Positions 18,200 to 27,108 of a DNA stretch of 27,608 nt are shown here, piece by piece; within the stretch, counting starts at the first letter, position 1, and each line of letters opens with the position of its first letter. Both the position numbers and the translations under genes were made by a program. The DNA is from Gammaproteobacteria bacterium (GTDB lineage Bacteria; Pseudomonadota; Gammaproteobacteria; Pseudomonadales; UBA3067): contig JAHRVS010000089.1 in assembly GCA_019090565.1 (NCBI GenBank), positions 1 through 27,608 of the forward strand, read 5' to 3'. Under the pieces are notes generated by a model. That model did no database searches and was not told the DNA's origin. It was given only the letters and a program-made list of their open reading frames with translations.

Positions 18200-18205
18200 A
18201 TTATA
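18200..18205 (-). promoter_or_regulatory. Candidate sigma70 -10 (TATAAT) for the c5-c4 operon
   Basis: Perfect TATAAT on the minus strand about 155 nt upstream of the c5 ATG. The -35 is weak. Confidence 0.3.
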
Positions 18206-18395
18206 TACTAATCTGACTTTTTAGAAAGTTCGCAATAAACAATTATCTTCAACCACCTCAAAAACACGCTTTTGCAATGGTATTAAGCCGCTTACTGTCC
18301 AGAATAGACGGCAAGCCTGCTCTGCACGCAAAAAACCTTCGCATTAACGCGAAAACGGCCTGTTAGGCGCCTCTTCTCTAAAATTACAGGGCATT

Positions 18396-19016
18396 ATGGA
18401 CTCCACTAACAAATTACTCCGAAACGCCAAATACCTCACCAGTGCCGCAGAGTTCTCTCAGTGCCCGGCAGACAACGGTGTAGAAGTGGCCTTTGCTGGC
18501 CGTTCCAATGCAGGAAAGTCCAGCGCCCTAAATACCTTAACCCAACAAAGCAAACTGGCCAAAATCAGTAAAACACCTGGCCGGACACAGCTGATCAATT
18601 TTTTTGAAATGGATCCGCTGCGCCGCTTGGTAGATTTACCCGGTTACGGCTTTGCCAAAGTGCCTGAAGCCACTAAGCGCCGATGGCAACGCGCCTTGCA
18701 AACCTACCTAGAAGAACGCCAGTCTCTCAAGGGCTTAATCGTACTGGTAGATGTGCGGCACCCCCTTAAAGAATTTGACCTGCAAATGATAGAGTGGTCC
18801 ATTCACAACAACTTACCTAGCCACATTTTGCTGACTAAAGCCGATAAGTTAAAGCGTGGCCCTGCAACGAGCCGCCTACTGGAGGTCAAAAAGCAATTTG
18901 CCGATTACCCCGACCTGATCAGCGCGCAGTTGTTTTCATCCTTGAAAAAACAAGGACTTGATGAGGCCTACCAAGTGCTTGGGCAGTGGCTGGAGGTCAA
19001 CAACCCCGAAGCCTAA
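18396..19016 (+). CDS. engB: Ribosome biogenesis GTP-binding protein EngB/YihA
   Basis: G1 [10 protein letters not shown]2 SKTPGRTQ, G3 DLPGYG, G4 TKAD. Confidence 0.96.
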   Translation: MDSTNKLLRNAKYLTSAAEFSQCPADNGVEVAFAGRSNAGKSSALNTLTQQSKLAKISKTPGRTQLINFFEMDPLRRLVDLPGYGFAKVPEATKRRWQRALQTYLEERQSLKGLIVLVDVRHPLKEFDLQMIEWSIHNNLPSHILLTKADKLKRGPATSRLLEVKKQFADYPDLISAQLFSSLKKQGLDEAYQVLGQWLEVNNPEA

Positions 19017-19090
19017 TCGTCTAGCGGGCCGTTGAGGTTCGCGCGCTGGCAAAATTGATGACGGCGTACTCGCAGGCCTAACTTGTGACC

Positions 19091-21859
19091 CTAGTGTGCT
19101 TCATCCCAATTATCACCGGTTCCCACATCCACTTGCAGCGCAATGGCCAGCTCCGCCGCTGACTCCATACAGGTGATGATTTCCCCTTGCACCGCTTCAA
19201 GGCTTTCTTCTGCCACCTCAAGAACCAGTTCATCGTGCACTTGCATGATGACCCTTGCATCGACATTGGACGAAACAAGGTAAGCGTCCACGGCTAGCAT
19301 AGCGCGCTTAATAATATCGGCAGCAGTGCCCTGCATGGGCGCGTTGATCGCGGCCCTTTCAGCCGCCTGTCGACGCATCGCATTACGCGCATTGATTTCG
19401 GGCAGGTATAAACGCCGACCAAAAATCGTCTCGACATAACCTTGCTGCGCAGCAAGCGTACGGGTGTTTTCCATGTAATCTTGCACCCCAGGGTAACGTG
19501 CAAAATAACGGTCGATATAGGCCTGCGCCTCATGCCGGGGAATGTCCAGTTGCTTGGCCAAGCCAAAGGCTGACATGCCGTAAATCAGGCCAAAATTAAT
19601 CGCCTTGGCGCTGCGACGCTGGTTATCGCTGACCTCGTCCAGTGACACCGAAAACACTTCCGCCGCCGTTGCCTTATGGATATCCAGCCCTTGACTGAAG
19701 GCATCCAACAAACCTTTGTCACCAGATAAATGCGCCATGATACGCAGCTCTATTTGCGAGTAATCCGCCGCGAGCAATTTATAGCCCTTGGGCGCAATAA
19801 ATGCCTGACGAATTCGCCGGCCTTCTGGTGTACGTACCGGAATATTTTGCAGATTGGGGTCACTGGATGACAAGCGCCCCGTGGCCGCTACCGCTTGGTG
19901 ATAGGAAGTATGCACGCGACCACTGGCGCCATCCACCTGCCCAGGTAGCTTATCGGTATACGTAGACTTGAGCTTACTCAAGCTGCGGTATTCCAAGATC
20001 ACACTGGGCAGCTCATAGTTGTAGGCCAGCTCCTGCAGCACCGGCTCGGCGGTAGATGGCTGACCTTTAGGGGTTTTTTTGATGACTGGGATTTCTAACT
20101 TCTGGTAAAGGATTTCACCCAATTGCTTGGGTGACCCTAAATTGAAAGGCTGTCCCGCCAAATCATGGGCTTTCTGCTCTAACGCAGCAATTTGTTCACC
20201 CAGCTCATGGCTTTGGGCAAACAGCATTTCACTGTCGATCAAGCAACCGGTTCGTTCTATTTTGGACAACACGCTTAACAAAGGCCGCTCGATTTCCTCA
20301 AATACCTTCACCAGCTCTGGCTCTTCCAGCAACTGTGGCCACAAAGTTTGATGCAGGCGCAAAGTAATGTCGGCATCTTCAGCCGCATAGGGTGAGGCCA
20401 CCTCCAAAGGCACTTGATTAAAGGTGATTTGCTTGACGCCTTTGCCCGCAACGTCTTCAAAGTGAATGGTCTGGTGGTCGAGGTACTTTTCAGCCAAGCT
20501 GTCCATATCGTGACGGGTTGCTGTGGAATCAAGCACATAGGATTCAAGCATGGTGTCGAATTGAATCCCGTTCAGAACAATATCATAACGGGCCAGTATG
20601 CTTTGGTCGTATTTAAGGTTTTGACCCACCTTGAAGTGGCTTTCGCTTTCTAGCAGCGGCTTTAGTTCGCTCAACACCCAGTCTCTGTCTAGCTGCTGCG
20701 GTGCGCCTTCGTAATCATGAGCCAGTGGTACGTATGCGGCTTTCCCCGCTTCAGTGGCGAAGGATACCCCCACAAGCTCAGCCTCCATGTAATTCAGGCT
20801 GGTTGTTTCAGTGTCAAAAGCAAAGAGCTCAGCGTCTTCCAGGCGCTTTAGCCACTGTGAAAAACTGGCCTTGTCCATCACTTGTTCATAGTCCGTGGCA
20901 AGTGGCTCCTTTTGCTCTGCGTTTGCCTCAGCGCCACCTTTCGATGAGGCGCTATCAGTGCGGGATGCCTTATCGAGCTCTTTGATCCAGCTTTTGAATT
21001 CAAGCTCACTGAATAGTTTATGCAGTGCTTTGTTATCGACCGTCTGCATGGGGTATTCAGTGACGCCTTTTTCCAGCTCCACATCCAATTTGATGGTGGC
21101 CAGCTCATGAGAGAGCGGCAGTTGCTCTAAGGCGTCACGCAAGTTCTCTCCCACCTTGCCTTTTATTTTATCCGCGTTCTCAATCACACCCTCAAGCGTG
21201 CCATAAGCGAGCAACCACTTCACCGCTGTTTTCGGCCCCACCTTGGGCACGCCGGGAATATTATCAACCTTGTCTCCCATAAGGGTCAGGTAATCAATAA
21301 TACGCTCAGGGGGCAAGCCAAATTTTTCGATCACACCCTCTCGATCCATTTCCGCGTAACCTCTGGGTGTGTCCGCTTTGTTCATGGTGTTCACCAAACT
21401 GACGTGCTCACTCACCAGCTGCGCCATGTCTTTATCGCCGGTAGAGATAACCACGCGACGACCCAGCGAAGTTGCCTCCGCTGCGAGGGTACCAATCACG
21501 TCATCGGCCTCAACGCCTTTAATCGCCAACAAAGGCAAACCCATTGTTTTTATCACATCGTGCAGAGGTGCAATTTGATCACGCAGGTCATCGGGCATGG
21601 GCGGGCGATTGGCTTTGTATTCAGGATAAAGGTCATTGCGAAACGTTTTTCCCTTGGCATCAAAGATCACCACCAATTCTTCTGGCTGGTAATCAGAGAT
21701 TAATTTACGCAACATGCTCACCACGCCTCGAATCGCCCCAGTGGGCTGGCCCGCAGAGTTCATCAGCGGCGGCAAGGCATGGTAAGCCCGATAAAGGTAG
21801 GAGGAGCCATCCACCAATATAATAGGGGGGCGTTGTTGCTCAGTTGCGGATTTGCTCAC
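19091..21859 (-). CDS. polA: DNA polymerase I
   Basis: 5'-3' exonuclease motifs LVDGSSYLYRAYHA and GVEADDVIG, 3'-5' exonuclease FDTETT, polymerase motifs ADYSQIELR, KAINFGLIYG and QVHDELV. Confidence 0.99.
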   Translation of the reverse strand: MSKSATEQQRPPIILVDGSSYLYRAYHALPPLMNSAGQPTGAIRGVVSMLRKLISDYQPEELVVIFDAKGKTFRNDLYPEYKANRPPMPDDLRDQIAPLHDVIKTMGLPLLAIKGVEADDVIGTLAAEATSLGRRVVISTGDKDMAQLVSEHVSLVNTMNKADTPRGYAEMDREGVIEKFGLPPERIIDYLTLMGDKVDNIPGVPKVGPKTAVKWLLAYGTLEGVIENADKIKGKVGENLRDALEQLPLSHELATIKLDVELEKGVTEYPMQTVDNKALHKLFSELEFKSWIKELDKASRTDSASSKGGAEANAEQKEPLATDYEQVMDKASFSQWLKRLEDAELFAFDTETTSLNYMEAELVGVSFATEAGKAAYVPLAHDYEGAPQQLDRDWVLSELKPLLESESHFKVGQNLKYDQSILARYDIVLNGIQFDTMLESYVLDSTATRHDMDSLAEKYLDHQTIHFEDVAGKGVKQITFNQVPLEVASPYAAEDADITLRLHQTLWPQLLEEPELVKVFEEIERPLLSVLSKIERTGCLIDSEMLFAQSHELGEQIAALEQKAHDLAGQPFNLGSPKQLGEILYQKLEIPVIKKTPKGQPSTAEPVLQELAYNYELPSVILEYRSLSKLKSTYTDKLPGQVDGASGRVHTSYHQAVAATGRLSSSDPNLQNIPVRTPEGRRIRQAFIAPKGYKLLAADYSQIELRIMAHLSGDKGLLDAFSQGLDIHKATAAEVFSVSLDEVSDNQRRSAKAINFGLIYGMSAFGLAKQLDIPRHEAQAYIDRYFARYPGVQDYMENTRTLAAQQGYVETIFGRRLYLPEINARNAMRRQAAERAAINAPMQGTAADIIKRAMLAVDAYLVSSNVDARVIMQVHDELVLEVAEESLEAVQGEIITCMESAAELAIALQVDVGTGDNWDEAH

Positions 21860-22003
21860 AATAATGAATACCTAAAATAAATAACGGTTGAACCAAAAAG
21901 GAAGGCCGCTAGCTTACTGAATGCGCCTCTTGATTGCATCTTTCTGAAGCAGGTTTTGCAGGAGACTGATAAACTGATAGGTAACATCACAGATAGGCTG
22001 CTC

Positions 22004-22987
22004 ATGTCCGTTTATACCTCCGTCAACCACACCCAAATTGCATCACTTCTCAGCACTTATTCACTGGGTGAACTGGTTTCCTACCGAGGTATATCCGGTG
22101 GTGTTGAAAACAGCAATTACTTTATTCGGCTCAAAAAACCCAATGGATCGGTGCAAGAGTATGTCCTGACTCTATTCGAACACCTTCGGGCCGATGAGCT
22201 GCCCTTTTATGTCGCCCTAACCTCTCACCTACACCAACAGCATTGCCCTGTACCTTGCCCCATCGCAAACCAACAGGGCATTCAAATTCAAGAATTGGCC
22301 GGCAAGCCGACGTTGATTGTGCCCAAAGCCAAAGGCAAACACTGCGAGCACACAACGGCTGCCCATTGCGCTGAAATGGGTGAAAGACTCGCCCAGCTAC
22401 ACCTTGCAGCCAAAGATTTTCAGCCACAACCCGCCAACCCACGCGCACTGCCATGGTTACAGCAGTCTGCAAAGGCTTTGCAGACTGCACTCGATAAACC
22501 CTGTGCGCTACTGCTCAACAACGCCCTCATCAAACTCGAACAGTTTTATTCGACAAAACCGGCTCTACCCAGAGGGGTAATTCATGCAGATTTATTTCGC
22601 GACAATGTATTGTTTGAGGGAGAGCGGGTTTCAGCTTTGATCGACTTTTACACCGCCTGCCAGGATGACTGGCTTTACGATGTAGCCATTACGGTCAATG
22701 ACTGGTGCAGCAATAATGATGGCCGTTTAGACCCCGTTCGAACCGAGGCATTTTTAAGTCACTACAATAAACACAGGCCCTATACAAAAGAAGAGAAAAA
22801 CTGCTGGGCAGCCATGCTGTTAATGGCCGGCTGCCGTTTTTGGGTATCGCGCCTTTTAGATTGGCACCGCCCTGATAATAAAAATCGAAGTGCTACAGAT
22901 GCTCACCCCGTTACGGTCAAAGACCCCGTCGAATTCCAGGCCATTGTTACCGACCGCCTTGCTTACGACTCACCGCTCACACACTGA
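22004..22987 (+). CDS. thrB: Homoserine kinase type II (APH/choline-kinase fold)
   Basis: MSVYT start (ATG at 22004), GI..GVENSNYF, YVLTLFE, GVIHADLFRDNVLF, IDFY.AC, DVAITVNDW and RFWVSRLLDW. Confidence 0.93.
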   Translation: MSVYTSVNHTQIASLLSTYSLGELVSYRGISGGVENSNYFIRLKKPNGSVQEYVLTLFEHLRADELPFYVALTSHLHQQHCPVPCPIANQQGIQIQELAGKPTLIVPKAKGKHCEHTTAAHCAEMGERLAQLHLAAKDFQPQPANPRALPWLQQSAKALQTALDKPCALLLNNALIKLEQFYSTKPALPRGVIHADLFRDNVLFEGERVSALIDFYTACQDDWLYDVAITVNDWCSNNDGRLDPVRTEAFLSHYNKHRPYTKEEKNCWAAMLLMAGCRFWVSRLLDWHRPDNKNRSATDAHPVTVKDPVEFQAIVTDRLAYDSPLTH

Positions 22988-23874
22988 GCGAGGCGTGATG
23001 CCAAGTCTTCCATAAATGCGGAATAAGACTCAAAGCCCCCCCCAGCCAATGGATCGAGCTTTATCACACGGTAACTGTCTGCTGCACGGCCTTTAAACAA
23101 AAAAAACGCCAACCGCGGTGGTAGTGCTGGCCCACCCACTAAACAGCTGATTTGTTTTGCTTTAATCGTTTGAGCAACCTCCGTAAGGTGACGTACGCCG
23201 GGGCTCACCTCTGGCTCAACCGTCACCACGGCACTCGGCGTCAACCCCATAAATGCTTCCAGGTATTGGTAGGCATCATGGTGCACAACAAACTCTGCGC
23301 CACTGTGTAAAAACACACCTTTGTAGCGGTCTAACTTTTCCATATTTTGCTTGAAACTAGCCAAATTCTGCTGATAAATGGCCACGTTTTGTGCATCCAC
23401 TTTTGATAACCGCGCCACCAGCACGGTGGCAATTTGCAGGGCCGTATTCGGTGCCAACCAAGTATGCGGATCTCGCGCAGACTCTTCACGGTGGTGATGG
23501 TGCCCACCCGCTAAGGAGCGCAAAGGCAGGTGCTCAATGCCTTCAAGCATTCTGATATTCAAGGCTTCTATTGACGACTTGTTGCCCATCATTTTTACCA
23601 GATAGGGCTCCACCTCTGGCCCCAACCACAGCATTAGTTTTGCGGCTTTGACCCGCTTCATATCAGAGATTTTCAGGGCATAATCATGGGGCGTCATACC
23701 CGCTGGAAGCAAAGACGAAGACTCTTCATCAAGGCCGCGCAACAACTCTGAAACAATCAACTGCACGGGCTGAATCGTAGCAAGCACGCGGGTTTCATTC
23801 GCAACAGCGGGCCCCGCATTGATAAAAATAACGGCCAAAAACACGCTGTAAATTTTAGTTCTATACATTGTCAT
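22963..23874 (-). CDS. znuA: Zinc ABC transporter substrate-binding protein
   Basis: PHDY, short His loop GGHHHH, DPHTWL and HDAYQY metal-binding motifs, plus a signal peptide. Likely start is the ATG at 23874 or 23868 rather than 23934. Divergent from zur. Confidence 0.9.
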   Translation of the reverse strand: MTMYRTKIYSVFLAVIFINAGPAVANETRVLATIQPVQLIVSELLRGLDEESSSLLPAGMTPHDYALKISDMKRVKAAKLMLWLGPEVEPYLVKMMGNKSSIEALNIRMLEGIEHLPLRSLAGGHHHHREESARDPHTWLAPNTALQIATVLVARLSKVDAQNVAIYQQNLASFKQNMEKLDRYKGVFLHSGAEFVVHHDAYQYLEAFMGLTPSAVVTVEPEVSPGVRHLTEVAQTIKAKQISCLVGGPALPPRLAFFLFKGRAADSYRVIKLDPLAGGGFESYSAFMEDLASRLAQCVSGES

Positions 23875-23955
23875 TAAGGTCTTCAGGTTAATCGTGTTTC
23901 CCTCATCGGCAAAAGCTGCATTCAGGCAAACCAAATAGAATTCGTACAGGGGTCA

Positions 23956-23978
23956 CAACTGTTATATTATAACATTAC
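23956..23978. promoter_or_regulatory. Zur box
   Basis: Perfect 7-1-7 inverted repeat TGTTATA-T-TATAACA (23960-23974), matching the gammaproteobacterial consensus GAAATGTTATANTATAACATTTC, between znuA and zur. Confidence 0.93.
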
Positions 23979-24000
23979 GTGAGACCTCGAAGCGAAACCC

Positions 24001-24489
24001 ATGCGAACCAATAGTCCCTTCAAGCACCACCAACACAGCCAATGCATTCAACAAGCCCTGCGTAACGCCGAAAGCCTTTGTAAAAAAAATGGCTTTCGCC
24101 TCACTCGCGTAAGAAAAAGAGTGCTAGAGCTCATCTGGAAAAGCCATCAGGCTCTCGGGGCCTACGCCATCTTGGAACAACTGGGGCTAGAAGGTGTTAA
24201 ACCTGCTCCCCCAACGGTATACCGAGCCCTCGACTTTCTTTTGGAGGCAGGTTTGATTCACCGCCTTAACTCCCTGAATGCATATACCGGCTGCAGCCAC
24301 CCCAAAGACGACCACCACGGTTCCTATTTCTTGATTTGCCAGCATTGTCGCAACGTGGCGGAAATTCATGACACCGGCATAGATCAACAAATTTCCTCTC
24401 TCGCCCACCGAGAAAACTTTGCTGTCTCAGAACAAGCACTGGAACTCAGCGGCACTTGCCAAAATTGTCAGGGGTCAGCCCATGCCTGA
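24001..24489 (+). CDS. zur: Zinc uptake regulator (Fur family)
   Basis: RLTRVRKRVLELI, PPTVYRALDFL, two CxxC motifs (CQHC, CQNC) and znu context. Confidence 0.95.
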   Translation: MRTNSPFKHHQHSQCIQQALRNAESLCKKNGFRLTRVRKRVLELIWKSHQALGAYAILEQLGLEGVKPAPPTVYRALDFLLEAGLIHRLNSLNAYTGCSHPKDDHHGSYFLICQHCRNVAEIHDTGIDQQISSLAHRENFAVSEQALELSGTCQNCQGSAHA

Positions 24490-25276
24490 TAGCCTTCTTA
24501 GTCTGAACGATGTGTCCCTGCAATTTGGCACAAAGTCGATTCTTGAACATGTCTCCCTCTCTATAAAACGCGGGGAAATTACTACCTTGATTGGCCCCAA
24601 TGGCGCCGGAAAATCTAGCCTAGTGCGGGTTGCACTGGGACTGCAAAAACCCACCAAGGGAAAAGTCGTTCGTCAAACCGGTTTGCGCCTCGGCTATATG
24701 CCGCAAAAACTGGTCATTGATGATTCCTTGCCACTAACGGTGCTGCGCTTTCTACAGCTGGCGTACCGCAGCAGCAAAGCGGATGCCCTGAGCATCCTCG
24801 CCATGGTGGAAGGGCAACACTTGGCAGGCCAAGCAATACAAAAACTCTCTGGCGGCGAGTTTCAGCGGGTACTGCTAGCACGAGCGATTTTACGCAAACC
24901 CCAGCTGTTAATCCTCGACGAGCCCGTTCAAGGGGTGGATATGAGCGGCCAGCGAGAGCTTTACCGGCTGATTAAACAAGTACGCGATGAGCTGCATTGT
25001 GGCGTACTGATGGTTTCCCACGACCTGCACTTGGTAATGAAACAAACTGATCACGTCGTGTGCCTGAATCGCCACATTTGCTGTGCCGGCCTTCCGGAAA
25101 ACATCAGCAGCCACCCAGCCTATTTACAACTTTTTGGCCAAGCAGAAGAAAGCGAATTGGCAATTTATACCCACCACCATGACCACCAGCACGGCCTATC
25201 CGGCGACAGTTGCTTATCTGATGAAAACAGCACCTGCTCAGACGAAAACCATCAACACCAAGGTGACCCTAAATGA
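24482..25276 (+). CDS. znuC: Zinc ABC transporter ATPase
   Basis: GPNGAGKS, LSGGE, LLILDEP, VSHDL, CLNRHICC and a His-rich tail. The ATG at 24482 overlaps the zur stop. Confidence 0.95.
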   Translation: MPDSLLSLNDVSLQFGTKSILEHVSLSIKRGEITTLIGPNGAGKSSLVRVALGLQKPTKGKVVRQTGLRLGYMPQKLVIDDSLPLTVLRFLQLAYRSSKADALSILAMVEGQHLAGQAIQKLSGGEFQRVLLARAILRKPQLLILDEPVQGVDMSGQRELYRLIKQVRDELHCGVLMVSHDLHLVMKQTDHVVCLNRHICCAGLPENISSHPAYLQLFGQAEESELAIYTHHHDHQHGLSGDSCLSDENSTCSDENHQHQGDPK

Positions 25277-26091
25277 TTGAACTATTACTGCCTGCATTAC
25301 TTGGCGGCATCGGGGTTGCTGTCGTGGCAGGGCCACTGGGGTCTTTTCTCGTATGGCGGCGCATGGCCTATTTTGGCGACACCTTGTCCCACTCCGCTTT
25401 GCTGGGGGTAGCGCTGGGGTATGCGTTGGAATTAAATATTAATATGACCGTCATTGCGGTGTGCATCAGCATGGCCCTCGCCCTTGTAGCGTTACAACAG
25501 CAACGTTATATCGCCAGCGATACCTTGCTCGGTATTTTAGCCCACAGCAGCTTAGCCCTAGGATTAGTGGTAGTAAGCCTACTCAACGACAGCCGCTTAA
25601 ATCTTTCCAGTTTTTTATTCGGTGACTTACTCTCTGTCACCACCGAAGACCTCATTGCCATTTACGCCGGCAGCGCCATCGCATTAATCACCTTAATCAT
25701 GTTATGGCGCCCCTTATTAGCAATCACTTTGCATGAAGAGCTGGCAGAAGTAGAAGGGGTGAAGGTGGGCTGGGTTCGTCTCGCTTTAATGGTGCTTATC
25801 GCCTTGGTGATTGCAACGGCAATGAAAATCGTGGGCATCCTACTAATTACCGCACTGATGCTTATCCCTGCAGCCAGTGCCCGCCGTTGGGCACGCTCAC
25901 CAGAATCCATGGCGGTGCTAGCCAGCGGATTAGGCATCGTCGCCGTCTGTGCCGGCTTGTTTATGGCTTACACCTTTGACACGTCTTTAGGGCCAACCAT
26001 TGTGGTGTGCTGCACAATGTTGTTTTTATTGTGTTATTTATGGCCAAAGAGATTATTCAGGCAGGCTGTGCCTGAAAAAAGCACACCGTAA
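25273..26091 (+). CDS. znuB: Zinc ABC transporter permease
   Basis: GPLGSFLVWRRMAYFGDTLSHSALLG, LFGDLL and MKIVGILLITAL. ATGA overlap with znuC. Confidence 0.95.
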   Translation: MIELLLPALLGGIGVAVVAGPLGSFLVWRRMAYFGDTLSHSALLGVALGYALELNINMTVIAVCISMALALVALQQQRYIASDTLLGILAHSSLALGLVVVSLLNDSRLNLSSFLFGDLLSVTTEDLIAIYAGSAIALITLIMLWRPLLAITLHEELAEVEGVKVGWVRLALMVLIALVIATAMKIVGILLITALMLIPAASARRWARSPESMAVLASGLGIVAVCAGLFMAYTFDTSLGPTIVVCCTMLFLLCYLWPKRLFRQAVPEKSTP

Positions 26092-26275
26092 AATCGAAGT
26101 ACCTATTCATTTAGAGATTCTGGAACAAACATCAACGATTCCTACAACGTTACTACCATTCCTCTCTGAAATAAGGCACAGACAGAATATTTTCTATTAA
26201 AATGTAGGGTTCATCCAACCAGAACGGTGTTTTTATTTAGGGCATATCCATATTTTAGCTTGACCAATAGTTATT

Positions 26276-26340
26276 TCTAAGCAATAAATCAAGGTAAGTG
26301 ACACGAAGCGTTACGTCGGGCGATGGAGACTTAGTTGTGA
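26276..26340. repeat. Degenerate attC-like / cassette-associated element 1
   Basis: TCTAAGCA-(AT-rich)-TCAAG motif shared with 26617, followed by an imperfect inverted repeat caaggTAAGT…ACTTAgttg. Confidence 0.35.
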
Positions 26341-26348
26341 AAGGCCTT

Positions 26349-26621
26349 ATGAAAAATAGCATCTGCAAATATCAAAAAATATTGACTCCACTACTTTTTA
26401 TCTTCGGATGCCTTGCTTCTTTTACGTTTTTTAGCGTTACGCCACCGTTGACTTATATTTGTATAGTATTCATGGTTATAGGCCTCATTTCTGGCCTTGT
26501 ATACAGTGAATCCACCCAATCAACCTTATTCAAAATTGCTATTTTTGTGCCTATAATTTGGCTTATTATACTTCTTTCATTATTAGTAGCCAAAACAGTC
26601 AAGCACTATGTGCCAATCTAA
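26349..26621 (+). CDS. Small hypothetical membrane protein (about 3 TM segments, 90 aa)
   Basis: ATG at 26349 with GAAGG upstream, three hydrophobic stretches and AT-rich sequence. Confidence 0.65.
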   Translation: MKNSICKYQKILTPLLFIFGCLASFTFFSVTPPLTYICIVFMVIGLISGLVYSESTQSTLFKIAIFVPIIWLIILLSLLVAKTVKHYVPI

Positions 26622-26645
26622 GCATTTAATTTCAAGAGATGACCG
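26616..26645. repeat. Degenerate attC-like left arm 2
   Basis: ATCTAAG (one mismatch to RYYYAAC) overlaps the upstream stop codon and is followed by …TTCAAGAG. No right arm is visible. Confidence 0.35.
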
Positions 26646-27044
26646 ACAATTCAAAATAAAGTTGAATCTTGTGAATTCCCCGTGCCGGATTTCGATCATA
26701 GGGCTCACATACGTTTAGCGTACGCATACCTAGTAGAAGGCGATACAAACATGGCTGTTGATCGTATACGAAATTCATTAACAAACTTGCTTAAACATGC
26801 TGATAGGGATTCGACTCAAAAATATCATGAAACATTAACCGAAGCCTGGATACTGGCCGCTCATCACTTCATGAGCAATACTGGCAGTTCTAAGTCTTCC
26901 AATGATTTTATTGAGAAAAACACCGTGCTGTTAAATTCAAATATCATGATCACGCATTATTCGCCAGAGGTGCTGTTTTCAGAACAAGCGCGTCAATCTT
27001 TTGTTGAACCCAACCTTGATTCAATTCCAAGGCATCGCAAGTAA
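26643..27044 (+). CDS. Hypothetical protein (FDHRAH-L-LAY…YHET.T.AW type), 5' end apparently damaged
   Basis: The frame is open from 26643 (…KVESCEFPVPDFDHRAHIRLAY), but the first in-frame start is the GTG at 26682. The ATG at 26639 is out of frame and stops after 6 codons. Confidence 0.65.
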   Translation, partial: PTIQNKVESCEFPVPDFDHRAHIRLAYAYLVEGDTNMAVDRIRNSLTNLLKHADRDSTQKYHETLTEAWILAAHHFMSNTGSSKSSNDFIEKNTVLLNSNIMITHYSPEVLFSEQARQSFVEPNLDSIPRHRK

Positions 27045-27046
27045 AT

Positions 27047-27091
27047 ACCTAACAATACGCTCGTTTGCACCGCACAGCTTCGTCATTATAT
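27047..27091. repeat. Collapsed attC-like element 3
   Basis: Perfect inverse core ACCTAAC (RYYYAAC) 2 nt after the upstream stop, then AATACGCTC…CAGCTTCGTC-ATTATAT and an RBS AGGAG. Confidence 0.45.
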
Positions 27092-27108
27092 TTCAGGAGT
27101 ATTGGGAA

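Noticed and set aside
19017-19090. Spot 42 sRNA next to polA
   Set aside because: The 74-nt gap is too short and shows no resemblance.
21350-21390. Intein or domain insertion in PolA (KADTPRGYAE)
   Set aside because: It is only a few extra loop residues, with no splicing motifs.
26000-26200. 66-aa ORF overlapping the znuB end
   Set aside because: It overlaps znuB by about 90 nt in another frame and has no RBS or motif.
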